A stretch of 64,000 nucleotides of DNA from an uncultured Planctomycetia bacterium (lineage in GTDB: Bacteria; Omnitrophota; Gorgyraeia; 2-01-FULL-45-10; JAHFGN01), in the NCBI GenBank assembly GCA_964354545.1, contig CAYHAE010000002.1, positions 3,847-67,846 of the forward strand, in the 5' to 3' direction. Both the position numbers and the translations under genes were made by a program. Shown here in pieces: positions 17,645-27,127 of this stretch. The notes under the pieces are model-generated. The model was given only the letters and a program-made list of their open reading frames with translations. It had not been told where the DNA came from and ran no database searches. How positions within the stretch are numbered: position 1 is the first letter of the stretch; each line of letters begins with the position of its first letter.

Positions 17645-19174
17645 ATGGAAACGATAGATACGAAGGAATATCAAAACGAGCTTTTCGAAAGGCTCCAGAA
17701 GAGCTTCAGCCTCAAGAGCGAGGAAGAGTGCATCGGCGTTTGCCTCGGGACCGCCGAGTGGTGGATGGTGCGCAGCCCCGATCCTAAGGCGAAAGCGCTC
17801 AGCCAGATAATCAGGGAGAACTGCGTTATCTCCCGTCGCTCCAAAGGGCGCCCTAAGAAGGGAACGGCGATCTGCCTGAACCCCGTGCGGCGTGCGGTGA
17901 AGGACGCGAAGTCCTCGAAGAAGCTCGAGACGTTCGTGTGCTCCATGGGCAGGCACGGGTTCATCTATCCGATCGTTCAGGGAGACGCGGTCTATGGCTA
18001 CATTGGGGCATGCTATACGAAAAAGGATATCAGTTCGCGCATCCTCGGCGTGTTCGCGGCGTTCACAGACACGGTGGTGAGAGAGGTCCAGAAGGAGCTG
18101 GAGCTCTCGAAGCTCTACGAGACGATACGGCCTCGGGCTATCGCGCTTTCTACGGTCCACACCGTCCACAGGCTCCTTACCTCCACGCTCGATCTCAATG
18201 AGCTCCTTCCCCGGATTGCGCGGCTCTCGCTCCAGGTGGTGAGGGCGAACCGCTGTTCGATAAAACTCTTGGATTCGAAGAGGAAGGTGCTGCTCCCCAA
18301 GACGACGGTCGACCTGCGGCAGCGGAAGGCGAAGCTGAAGAAGGTGAGGATAGGCATGTGGGCGCCTGGAAGGGCGGCAAAATTTTCGCGCCCGGTGAGA
18401 GGCATTGACTATCTCGCGATCCCTCTCATCGACGAGGACGTGATCGGGGTCATTACGGTGTACGACAAGATCGACGAGACGCCTTTCTCGTCGTTCGATC
18501 AGGAGATAATGACGACGCTCGCAGAGCAGGCGGTGATCGCCATAAAAAACGCCCAGCTCTATAAAGAGCAGGAAAAGCTTACCCTTGGAGGGATCAAGTC
18601 CCTTGCGATGGTGCTGAGCGCGCGCGCACAGGGGACCTTCGGACCGAGGGCATCTTTTTTGAAGATCATGAACCTGGTGGGCCTCGAGCTGCACCTCGAT
18701 TCCCAGGAGTCGAGGAACCTCGAGTATGCCGTCCTCCTGCACGATGCGGGCCAGATCGTGGTGCCGGATGAGGTGCTCACGAAACCGGAAAAGCTCACGG
18801 GCGAAGAGTATGAGCTCGTCAAGGAGCACCCTGTGAGGAGCGTGAATATCATCAAGCCCATCAAGGCGCTCAGGTTGGTCATACCCATCCTGCTCCACCA
18901 TCATGAGAATTACGACGGCACCGGATACCCCAAAGGGTTGAAAGGCAACCAGATACCTCTCGGGGCAAGGATAATGGCGGTGGTAGGCGCCTTTGAAGCG
19001 ATGATCACACGGAGGTCGTACAGGCCCTCCAAGACGCCTGACGAGGCGATAGAGGAGATAAGGGCACAGAGCGGCACGCAGTTTGACGCGAAAGTGGTGG
19101 AGGCGTTCCTCAGCGTAATCAAGAGGCGCGACATACGGGCAATGGTTGACAAGGAGTTGTATGAAACTCACTAG
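17645..19174 (+). CDS. GAF-domain HD-GYP c-di-GMP phosphodiesterase
   Basis: 509 aa. Central GAF domain. C-terminal HD (LLHDAGQIV) and HHHENYDGTGYPKGL (HD-GYP signature). Confidence 0.8.
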   Translation: METIDTKEYQNELFERLQKSFSLKSEEECIGVCLGTAEWWMVRSPDPKAKALSQIIRENCVISRRSKGRPKKGTAICLNPVRRAVKDAKSSKKLETFVCSMGRHGFIYPIVQGDAVYGYIGACYTKKDISSRILGVFAAFTDTVVREVQKELELSKLYETIRPRAIALSTVHTVHRLLTSTLDLNELLPRIARLSLQVVRANRCSIKLLDSKRKVLLPKTTVDLRQRKAKLKKVRIGMWAPGRAAKFSRPVRGIDYLAIPLIDEDVIGVITVYDKIDETPFSSFDQEIMTTLAEQAVIAIKNAQLYKEQEKLTLGGIKSLAMVLSARAQGTFGPRASFLKIMNLVGLELHLDSQESRNLEYAVLLHDAGQIVVPDEVLTKPEKLTGEEYELVKEHPVRSVNIIKPIKALRLVIPILLHHHENYDGTGYPKGLKGNQIPLGARIMAVVGAFEAMITRRSYRPSKTPDEAIEEIRAQSGTQFDAKVVEAFLSVIKRRDIRAMVDKELYETH

Positions 19175-19178
19175 CGCC

Positions 19179-19427
19179 ATGGCGTCCGAGATACATCGAA
19201 AGATAATCCTCTTCTTCGATGAGAACCAGTCGTCCATCGATACGCCGCGCGGTGTCGCCACGTGGGTGAGGGAAGACCGCTCTCGCGTGAAGAAGGCGCT
19301 CGAGGACCTTGTCGCGCTCAAGGTGCTGGTCGCGTATCGGGTCTCGTCGACCACAGGCTACGGCTATACGAGTGACAAGAAACTCATTTCAAAGATCGAA
19401 AAGCTCCTTAAGAAGGTCAAGAGATAA
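19179..19427 (+). CDS. hypothetical small protein (possible wHTH)
   Basis: 82 aa ORF starting MASEIHRK. Sits between the HD-GYP and helicase genes. Confidence 0.35.
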   Translation: MASEIHRKIILFFDENQSSIDTPRGVATWVREDRSRVKKALEDLVALKVLVAYRVSSTTGYGYTSDKKLISKIEKLLKKVKR

Positions 19428-19497
19428 CCCTTCACCCATGTCGCCTCGCGTTCGGGTTCGCGCGCGAGGGGCTCCATCGCTACATCCGACACGATAC

Positions 19498-22400
19498 ATG
19501 CAGAAGACGCCTCAGAAAATCCTGCGCAGCGTGCGCAGCGCGCCCTACGCGGAGCTCAATCCGAAACAGAGAGAGGCTGTCGATACCATAGACGGCCCCG
19601 TGCTTGTCCTCGCGGGTCCCGGGACGGGCAAGACGCAGCTTTTGTCGATCCGCGCATCGAATATACTCTCAAAGAAGAGCGGGATCAGGCCCGAAAACAT
19701 CCTCATCGTCACCTATACTAACTCCGCGGCAAAGGCGATGAAGGAGAGGCTCGTAAAGGTGATCGGCCTTAAGGGGTACGACCTTGACGTGGGGACGTTT
19801 CACAGCTTCGCGAACTCCATCATCCAGGAGTCGGAGGATGCCGCCCATTACGTCGGAGACCGTATCCAGATGACGGAGATAGAACAGGTGAAGGCGATCG
19901 TGTACATTCTGGACCGCGCGAAGGGGATCTCGGAGATAAGGCCCTTTCGCGCCCCCTATGTCTACCTCAAAGACATCACGCAGAGGATCGGCGAGCTGAA
20001 GAAGGACGGGATCAGCCCTGAGCGGTTCCTCGACTATGTGAACTCTCTCGATCCCGTCCGGGAGGCCGTCGAGCCGAAGTATGCCGCGCGGATGAAGGCG
20101 TTCGGCGTCGTCTACAAGATGTACGAGGAGATAAAGGAGGGGAAGGATCCGAACATATTCGATGAGCGCGGGAGGTATGATTTTGATGATATGATCCTGC
20201 TCGCGACAGAGGCGCTCAAGAAGGAGACGCGCCTCGCAGACGAGTACCGGCAGCGCTACAGATATGTCATGGTAGACGAATACCAGGATACCAACGAGGC
20301 GCAGCTCGAACTGCTCTTTACGCTCCTCGATTACCGGGAGCCCAACCTCTGCTGCGTCGGAGACGATGACCAGTCTATCTACCGGTTTCAGGGCGCGAGC
20401 GTCGGGAACTTCACGGTCCTCAAGGAGACCTTCCCGTCGACCAAGGTGATTACGCTGTACGACAACTACCGCTCAACGAGGAAGATCATCGACTTCGCAT
20501 CGAGCGTCATACGGACGATACCGAGGGATGCGAGGGTCGAAGAGAAGATGCTGGTATCCACGAGAGAGGGCGCGGATACGAAGATCGAGTTCAGGGAATT
20601 CACGACAGTGACGGAAGAGCTGCTCTTCATCGTTGAGAGAGTGAGGCAGCTCAAGGCCGAGATAGAACGAACGGAAGAGCTCGATCTGACCTCGCGGCGG
20701 CACCCGTATAACGCCATTGCAGTACTTGTGCGGAAACGGAGAGATATCGTGAAGGTGATCGACGCCTTCCTCCAGGCGGGGATCCCCTATGCAACGGACG
20801 GAAAAGAAGACGTGAGCGGAGAGAAGAGGGTGAGGCAGCTTTTGGACGTGCTCGAGCTCGCCGAGCTCCACTCGCGCAATGCAGGCGAGAAGGATTTCGC
20901 CCTCTACAAGGTCCTCTCCTCCGACTATTTCGGGATCCCCCTGCCGGACATCCTGAGGCTCGTCCGGCACGCCCGTTCAAAGAGTCGTTCGCACGATGAC
21001 GGAGGGTCGCGCGACGCGAGCCTCGTAGAACACTTCCTCCGCTCGTTCCCATTCACGCGAGATGAGCTCGCCGCCCGGCATTTTTCCGTAAAGGAAGATC
21101 ATGAGCGGTTTCCCGTACTCCGGGAGCTCGGGCTGGGATCTTCCCCGAAGATGGTCCGCGCCGCGTGGGTGATCGCGAGACTCCTCAGTGATGCACATGC
21201 GAAACCGGTCCACGCCATCCTCATAGGGTTTGTACACGATGCGGGGATATTCACGTTCATCCTCGAGGAATACGCATCGAAGCAGATCCTGAGGTTGAGA
21301 GACCTCCGCAGCCTCGGGGCGTTCATCAATATGGTGAAGTCCGCCGATACTACCCGGCCAGGCGTGCGGTTGCATGAGTTCATGGCCGATCTGAAAATGG
21401 CCCGCGAAAACGGTCTCCCGGTCCAAGGGGCGCTCGTGACGATGACGCAGGACGGGGTGAGGATATTTACCGCGCACGGTTCCAAGGGGCAGGAGTTTCA
21501 TACCGTCTTCATTCCGTTCTGCCTGCAGAATAAGAACTGGCCGACGAGGCCGAGGCCGGAGAAGATACCTCTCCCCCCGGGGTTATTCAAAACGCGCGGG
21601 AAGAAGCTCGAGAAGGCATCTTTAAAGCAGCTCTATCTTCAAGACGAGGCGAGGCTCTTTTACGTCGCTTCAACGCGGGCGCGGTCACATCTCGTCTTTT
21701 CGTCGAGCCCGCAGGAGGACGAGGTCTCCAGCTACTACCTGAAGGAGCTGGGGCAGACAGCCGAGCGCGAGAGCGCGATACCGTGGACGGAGGAGCAGCT
21801 CCTGGGAAAGTCCCTCCTTTCGGAAAGCGATTCCAGCGACCCGTGCGCGGACAGCGAGGGGGTCTTGCGCGATATGGTGAGGGACTTCACCCTCAACCCG
21901 ACCTCGCTCAACAACTATCTCTACTGCGCGCGGCGGTTTCTCTACGACAATGTCCTGAGGCTCCCGGGACCGAAGAAACAGAGCCTCGTCTTCGGGACCT
22001 GCGTCCACAAGGCGCTCGAGGAGACGTATCGCTACTACAAGGAGCGCGACAGTTTCCCGACGTTCGATTTTTTTGAAGCCGTCTTTAAGAACGAGCTCAG
22101 GTTCCAAGGTCCGGAGACGGCGATAGAGTTGCGGTGTACCGACCAGCTCTTCGCGCTGAAGGGCTGGTTCGAGCAAGCCGCGCGAAATCCCGTGAAGCCC
22201 GTCGAGCTGGAAAGGAAGATACTGGTGACGATAGGGGACGGGATCGTCTTCACGGGAAAATTCGATAAGGTCGAAGTGGAGGACGAAGAGCGTAAGATCG
22301 TGAAGATCGTGGATTATAAAACAGGAAAGCCGGATGCGCATGTGAAGGCCATTGATGAGTGCGACGACCTCGCGAGCGACGCGTGTGACGGATACGTCCG

Positions 22401-22701
22401 GCAGCTCGTTGCGTATAAGCTCCTCTTTGAAAGGGACAGGAGGCTTTCGAAATTGTACAAGGTCGGCTATGGTGAGCTTGTATTCATCGAACCCCTCGCG
22501 GGACCGGTCACCGCACTGGGCCTCAAGAAAGGGGATTTCGTATCCAGGAAACTCGAGATCCGGGACGACATGGTGAAGGCCCTCGAGGGCCTTATCAAAG
22601 AGGTGTGGGCGGACGTCTCATCGCTTGAATTCGACAAGCTCCCGGAAAGGGACACGGGAAAGTGCGGCCGCTGTGACTATGATGGGATATGCTGGGGATG
22701 A
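19498..22701 (+). CDS. UvrD/Rep-family helicase fused to C-terminal PD-(D/E)XK nuclease with Cas4/AddB-like 4-Cys Fe-S cluster
   Basis: About 1067 aa. Helicase motifs LVLAGPGTGKT, VMVDEYQDTN and others. C-term DYKTGKP, QLVAYKL (QxxxY) and CGRCDYDGIC. Start is uncertain; the alternative is ATG 19438. Confidence 0.8.
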   Translation: MQKTPQKILRSVRSAPYAELNPKQREAVDTIDGPVLVLAGPGTGKTQLLSIRASNILSKKSGIRPENILIVTYTNSAAKAMKERLVKVIGLKGYDLDVGTFHSFANSIIQESEDAAHYVGDRIQMTEIEQVKAIVYILDRAKGISEIRPFRAPYVYLKDITQRIGELKKDGISPERFLDYVNSLDPVREAVEPKYAARMKAFGVVYKMYEEIKEGKDPNIFDERGRYDFDDMILLATEALKKETRLADEYRQRYRYVMVDEYQDTNEAQLELLFTLLDYREPNLCCVGDDDQSIYRFQGASVGNFTVLKETFPSTKVITLYDNYRSTRKIIDFASSVIRTIPRDARVEEKMLVSTREGADTKIEFREFTTVTEELLFIVERVRQLKAEIERTEELDLTSRRHPYNAIAVLVRKRRDIVKVIDAFLQAGIPYATDGKEDVSGEKRVRQLLDVLELAELHSRNAGEKDFALYKVLSSDYFGIPLPDILRLVRHARSKSRSHDDGGSRDASLVEHFLRSFPFTRDELAARHFSVKEDHERFPVLRELGLGSSPKMVRAAWVIARLLSDAHAKPVHAILIGFVHDAGIFTFILEEYASKQILRLRDLRSLGAFINMVKSADTTRPGVRLHEFMADLKMARENGLPVQGALVTMTQDGVRIFTAHGSKGQEFHTVFIPFCLQNKNWPTRPRPEKIPLPPGLFKTRGKKLEKASLKQLYLQDEARLFYVASTRARSHLVFSSSPQEDEVSSYYLKELGQTAERESAIPWTEEQLLGKSLLSESDSSDPCADSEGVLRDMVRDFTLNPTSLNNYLYCARRFLYDNVLRLPGPKKQSLVFGTCVHKALEETYRYYKERDSFPTFDFFEAVFKNELRFQGPETAIELRCTDQLFALKGWFEQAARNPVKPVELERKILVTIGDGIVFTGKFDKVEVEDEERKIVKIVDYKTGKPDAHVKAIDECDDLASDACDGYVRQLVAYKLLFERDRRLSKLYKVGYGELVFIEPLAGPVTALGLKKGDFVSRKLEIRDDMVKALEGLIKEVWADVSSLEFDKLPERDTGKCGRCDYDGICWG

Positions 22702-22808
22702 CCGAACACTCAAAGGGCTACGACGCGTGTGAAAAGGGCCAGGGTCCATCGGCCGGTGCGCGGCGAACATCGCGAGCGCCGCGCCAGGCTCCCCGAAGGC
22801 GGAGGCCC

Positions 22809-23492
22809 ATGCTTTCGATTGTCATCGTGTGCATCGTGGGTATGGCCTTGGTCATCAGCTTCTTTATCGCATTCGACAGGATCGTTGCGGCCATCGTGTC
22901 GCGCTATAGCGGCTTAAGGATGACGTATTCACGGCTCTCTCCCGACCGGACGGGGAAGATCATCGTGCGCGGCCTTGAGCTTACCGAGCCGAAGAGCGGG
23001 CTGGCTTTACACGCGGAGAAAGGCGTACTGAAACCGCGCATGGAATTCGGGCCGGGGACAAGGTTTGGGATATCGTTCACCCTGGAGGGCGCGCATTTTA
23101 ATAAGCACGAGAAGGGCCCTCGCGCGGGATACAGCACCTTCTCCGACCTCGCCGTGATCCCATTTCAGCACGCGTGGAACTATTCCGTAATATCGGGAGA
23201 CATCGTCTTTGACGGGAAGACGATCGAGGTAAGGAATTTCAAAGCGCAGAGTGCCGATATACGGCTGGACATCAAAGGGTCCCTCTCGGCCGAATCGAAG
23301 ATCGATGCGACGATAAAGGTCTCGTTCTCCGGAGATGCGGGCCGTCAAATTCCGGAAGAGATCGCCGTACCTGTCCTTCAAGATGAGGGTGACGGGTGGA
23401 AATACCTCACGGTGCGAGTGCAAGGCGATTACAGGGCGCCCGCGGTTCAAATTTCCAGCAAACTGTTCCGTTTGGATATATCGAACAAGTAG
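22809..23492 (+). CDS. hypothetical membrane-anchored protein
   Basis: 227 aa starting MLSIVIVCIVGMALVISFFIAF (TM helix). AGGCGGAGG RBS upstream. No recognisable domain. Confidence 0.45.
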   Translation: MLSIVIVCIVGMALVISFFIAFDRIVAAIVSRYSGLRMTYSRLSPDRTGKIIVRGLELTEPKSGLALHAEKGVLKPRMEFGPGTRFGISFTLEGAHFNKHEKGPRAGYSTFSDLAVIPFQHAWNYSVISGDIVFDGKTIEVRNFKAQSADIRLDIKGSLSAESKIDATIKVSFSGDAGRQIPEEIAVPVLQDEGDGWKYLTVRVQGDYRAPAVQISSKLFRLDISNK

Positions 23493-23588
23493 TAGAGGAC
23501 AGGCAGCTGCCTTACCGGCTTCCTTCGCACGCAGGATACAGTATCGCGCGTTTCCTCCGCCGCACCCGATATGTCCGGAAGTTTGGAA

Positions 23589-23616
23589 TTGATTTTAAGT
23601 CGAGAGGTGTTATAAT
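23589..23616 (+). promoter_or_regulatory. putative promoter TTGATT-16-TGtTATAAT (extended -10)
   Basis: About 200 nt upstream of the SPOR gene. Repeat element copy A lies in the resulting leader. Confidence 0.45.
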
Positions 23617-23710
23617 ACTAATTTATCCGCCTTTGCGCGGTGATGTGCAATCGCCGGTATGTGTTCCTGCGGATGCCGTCTGGAAGCGGCGGACCGCGTA
23701 GAGCCGGATA

Positions 23711-23757
23711 CCCGCCGAAGAAAACTTTCGCAGAATCACATCTTTGGCGAAGGCGGG
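23711..23757 (+). repeat. recurrent structured intergenic element, copy A (CCCGCCGAAG-N25-GGCGAAGGCGGG)
   Basis: Shares GGATA(A)CCCGCCGAAG and the 17-nt TCTTTGGCGAAGGCGGG exactly with copy B. CCCGCC/GGCGGG can pair. Confidence 0.6.
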
Positions 23758-23816
23758 CACATAACGGTACCACAGGCATTCACGCGGGTTCCGTCCACAC
23801 AGACGTGGAGTATCGC

Positions 23817-24371
23817 ATGAAAGATCAAGAGGTTCAAAAGGAACTTTTCAAGGAGTTTGGAGACGAAGGAAAGCGTGCAAGGTCACCGCACGGTCACTTG
23901 ATGAGGGCGATGTCCGTTGCGATCTCGCTCGATAGGCTTGTCTTTATCGGGATAGGGTCTTTGATGGCGCTCGTCCTCATCTATGCGCTCGGGGTTGAGC
24001 GGGGCAAGGCCGCTGCGAGGGCGGAGGTCAAGAAGGCTGTGCTTACGAAAGTGCATGCGAAGGCGCAGCCCGCGAAGCCGCGGGTGAGGGGCTCGGACGC
24101 CGGGGTGGAGGAGCCCCGCGCAAAGAAGGCTCCCGTTCTCTCTCAAGAGGGCATGCCCTACACCGTACTCGCCGCCACGTTCAGGCAGAGGGTTCTTGCG
24201 TCGCAAGAGGCGGTCAAGCTCAAGGACGAGGGCTACAACGCGTTCCTCGTTGAGGCGGGCGACTATCTGGAGCTCTGCGTGGGAAGATTTGCGGCCCTTG
24301 AAGATGCGGCACGGCTTCAGAAGAATTTGTCTACCCGATATAAGAAGTGTTACATAAAAAAGCTTCAATAG
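23817..24371 (+). CDS. SPOR-domain cell-division/peptidoglycan-binding protein
   Basis: 184 aa. One TM helix. C-terminal SPOR-like PYTVLAATFRQRVLASQEAVKLKDEGYNAFLVEAGDYLELCVGRF. Confidence 0.65.
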   Translation: MKDQEVQKELFKEFGDEGKRARSPHGHLMRAMSVAISLDRLVFIGIGSLMALVLIYALGVERGKAAARAEVKKAVLTKVHAKAQPAKPRVRGSDAGVEEPRAKKAPVLSQEGMPYTVLAATFRQRVLASQEAVKLKDEGYNAFLVEAGDYLELCVGRFAALEDAARLQKNLSTRYKKCYIKKLQ

Positions 24372-24386
24372 AGCGAGGAGGAGGGT

Positions 24387-24680
24387 ATGTCACAGCATCC
24401 AAGTTTGCGTTCATCCGAAAAGATGAAACAGCACAGGTCCGTGATGAAGAGATATGAGAGGCTCCGCGTGCTCAAGGATACGGGCGTGTGGGATGAGGAC
24501 AGCTCTGTCTTCAAGCTGCCCAAGGTGAAGATCATACGGTTCAAGATCAAGAAGGAGAAGGCCGCGGAGGTCGAGGCCGCAGCCCCAGGCGCCGAAGGCG
24601 CCCCGGCAGCAGCTGCGCCTGCCAAAGAGCAGCCCGAGTCGAAAAAGCCTGAAGCCAAAGAGGCAAAGCCAAAGAAGTAG
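24387..24680 (+). CDS. hypothetical small basic Lys/Ala/Pro-rich protein
   Basis: 97 aa. Strong GAGGAGGAGGG RBS. Confidence 0.45.
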   Translation: MSQHPSLRSSEKMKQHRSVMKRYERLRVLKDTGVWDEDSSVFKLPKVKIIRFKIKKEKAAEVEAAAPGAEGAPAAAAPAKEQPESKKPEAKEAKPKK

Positions 24681-24759
24681 TGCAGCGCACGTAGTGCACG
24701 CGTTCGACAGGAAGGGCATCTGCGACGAATCCCGCGAAAGACAGGAAGAGAGGACGGCG

Positions 24760-25086
24760 ATGGATACGATTACGTTCGAAGAGTTCAAAAAGATGGACCT
24801 GAGGATCGCCCTTGTGAAAAAGGCCGAGCCCCACCCTCACGCGGATAAGCTCTATGTGCTCACCATTGATGTCGGCGGCGAAGAGAAGACGATCGTCGCA
24901 GGCATAAAAAATTACTATGCGCCCGAGGAGTTGGCGGGCAGGAGGATCGTCGTCGTCAATAACCTCGCTCCCACTCTGATACGGGGGGTCGCGTCCAACG
25001 GCATGCTCCTTGCAACAAAGGATGCAAAGACGCTTTCATTGCTCACGACGGACAGGGGCGTGGAGATAGGAAGCATCGTCTCATGA
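24760..25086 (+). CDS. tRNA-binding domain protein (CsaA/Trbp111/EMAP-like OB fold)
   Basis: 108 aa. EFKKMDLRIALVKKAEPHPHADKLYVLTIDVGGEEKTIVAGI matches the tRNA-binding fold. Confidence 0.7.
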   Translation: MDTITFEEFKKMDLRIALVKKAEPHPHADKLYVLTIDVGGEEKTIVAGIKNYYAPEELAGRRIVVVNNLAPTLIRGVASNGMLLATKDAKTLSLLTTDRGVEIGSIVS

Positions 25087-26189
25087 GGCAGGGAAAGGAA
25101 ATAAAGCTTCGCCTCGCCGGCAGGTCATACACGATAACCATCTCCCGCAATCTTATGGGCAGGCTGGGATGGTTCCTAAAGAGACTCGACCTCGGGTCGG
25201 ACTTTATTGTCATTACCACTCCGCGCCTCGCCGCCCTCTACAGGACCTCGCTCCAGAAGTCGCTTGCCAAAGAAGGCCTCTCGTTTCGCGTCGAGCTTAT
25301 CCCTGACAGCGAAAGGGCAAAGTCAGAAAGGGTCGTTGCCAGGGCGATCGAGAGCATCAGCTCTTTTGACAGGGGCCGGTCCGCGCCGATCGTCGCATTC
25401 GGAGGAGGGGTCGCCGGCGACGTCGCAGGGTTCATAGCCGCTATTTACAAAAGGGGGATACCGTACGTGCAGGTGCCCACGACCCTCCTTGCGCAGGTGG
25501 ATTCAGCCATTGGCGGCAAGGTCGCGATAGACCTTCCCGTTGCAAAGAACCTCGTGGGCGCATTCTATCAGCCGCGCGCGGTCCTCTCCGACATATCGGT
25601 GCTGAAAAGCCTTCCTGCCCGGCAGGTGAGGAGCGGTCTCGCAGAGGTGATAAAATATGCCGTGATCAAGGACAAAGATTTCTTTGTCTACCTCGAGAAG
25701 AACCTCGAGAGAGCGATCGGGCTCGATGAGGACGTGCTCGAACAGATCGTGGCGAGGTGCAGCGCGATAAAGGCCGGGATCGTGGAGAGGGACGAGTGTG
25801 ACAAAAAGGGGATACGGATGGTCCTGAACTACGGCCATACTATCGGCCATGCGATCGAGGCAGCCTCGGGGTATTCGAAGCGATACAGCCATGGTGAGGC
25901 GATCGCAATAGGGATGGTCGCTGCGAACAGGATCGCCGCGCATATGGGCATGCTCCGCGAGGCGGAACGTGCCCGGATAGAGGAGCTGATCCGGCGTGCG
26001 GGACTTCCGGAGAAGACGGAGGGGCTCAGCATGAAGAAGGTATTCGAGGCGCATCTCCATGACAAGAAGTTTTCAGCGAAGACGAACAGGTTCGTCCTGC
26101 CGATGAGGATAGGGAAAGTAAAAATAGTGGCAGGAGTAGAGGAGCGCCTCGTTGTGCAGGCCCTGAGAGGGTGCGCCGCTTCGCACTGA
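25083..26189 (+). CDS. aroB: 3-dehydroquinate synthase
   Basis: 368 aa. GGGVAGDVAGFIAAIYKRGIPYVQVPTTLLAQVDSAIGGKVAID matches the AroB consensus. Confidence 0.85.
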   Translation: MRQGKEIKLRLAGRSYTITISRNLMGRLGWFLKRLDLGSDFIVITTPRLAALYRTSLQKSLAKEGLSFRVELIPDSERAKSERVVARAIESISSFDRGRSAPIVAFGGGVAGDVAGFIAAIYKRGIPYVQVPTTLLAQVDSAIGGKVAIDLPVAKNLVGAFYQPRAVLSDISVLKSLPARQVRSGLAEVIKYAVIKDKDFFVYLEKNLERAIGLDEDVLEQIVARCSAIKAGIVERDECDKKGIRMVLNYGHTIGHAIEAASGYSKRYSHGEAIAIGMVAANRIAAHMGMLREAERARIEELIRRAGLPEKTEGLSMKKVFEAHLHDKKFSAKTNRFVLPMRIGKVKIVAGVEERLVVQALRGCAASH

Positions 26190-26246
26190 TCCCGCTACCA
26201 GAGTTCCGCGGGCTGCGCAGGGCTCCAGAAACAGAGAAAGGCGCCG

Positions 26247-26642
26247 GTGAAAAAGATAGAAATCGCGACGAGGTCAAGGGTCGAGATGGTTGACATCACG
26301 CCGAAGGTGCGGGAGGTCGTGCGGGAGTCGAAGGTAAAGGAGGGGATCTGTCACCTATGTGTTCCCCATACGACCGCGGGCATCACCATCAATGAAAATG
26401 CCGACCCGAGCGTGAGATCCGACATCGTCCGCCATCTTGGTAAGTTCGTGCCGTTCAACGACGGTTACGAACACGCCGAAGGCAATGCGGCGGCCCACAT
26501 CAAATCCACCATCGTGGGGACTACCACGACCGTGTTCATAGAAGACGGCGACCTCGTCTTCGGGACATGGCAGGGCATCTACTTTTGCGAGTTTGACGGC
26601 CCCAGGCGCAGGAACGTATTGGTAAAGATAATGGCGAGGTGA
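26247..26642 (+). CDS. YjbQ/UPF0047 family protein (secondary thiamine-phosphate synthase-like)
   Basis: 131 aa. GTG start. [21 protein letters not shown] motif. Confidence 0.7.
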   Translation: MKKIEIATRSRVEMVDITPKVREVVRESKVKEGICHLCVPHTTAGITINENADPSVRSDIVRHLGKFVPFNDGYEHAEGNAAAHIKSTIVGTTTTVFIEDGDLVFGTWQGIYFCEFDGPRRRNVLVKIMAR

Positions 26643-27106
26643 CCATGGAATATGCAATAAGGACATTTGATATGCGGGACGGCGAAGGGGTGAAGGAGCT
26701 CATCCTATCGATCCTCACGAACGAATATCCGTTCGACAGATCGGTGTATTCGGACAGCGACCTTGAAAAGATAAGCGAGGTATACGGCGGACCAAAGGAC
26801 TCGTTCTTCGTGAGCGAAGGAGACGGTGCGATCATCGGCACTGTGGGGGTGAAAGAGGAAGAGGCTGATTCGGCCCTCCTGCGGAGGTTTTTCGTGACCT
26901 CCGCCCACAGGAAGCAGGGCATAGGGTCCAAGCTCCTCGAGAAGGCGCTCGATTTCTGCAGGTCGAAGGGCTACGCGAAGGTCATATTCAGGTGCACGGA
27001 CAGGATGCGGGATGCGATGAGCCTGTGCAAGAAGAAGGGTTTCAAGGTCGTTGAATCCCTCGATGTGGGAGGGTTCAAGATCCATAAGTTAGTGCTCACG
27101 CTTTAG
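26639..27106 (+). CDS. GNAT-family N-acetyltransferase
   Basis: 155 aa. [23 protein letters not shown] acetyl-CoA binding motif. Confidence 0.75.
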   Translation: MTMEYAIRTFDMRDGEGVKELILSILTNEYPFDRSVYSDSDLEKISEVYGGPKDSFFVSEGDGAIIGTVGVKEEEADSALLRRFFVTSAHRKQGIGSKLLEKALDFCRSKGYAKVIFRCTDRMRDAMSLCKKKGFKVVESLDVGGFKIHKLVLTL

Positions 27107-27127
27107 CGAGGAGCCGTAGCCTACTCC

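Noticed and set aside
17039-19354. 771-aa minus-strand ORF
   Set aside because: Arg/His/Leu/Asp-rich low-complexity translation lying antisense to the well-supported dGTPase and HD-GYP genes. Typical high-GC antisense artefact with no domain signatures.
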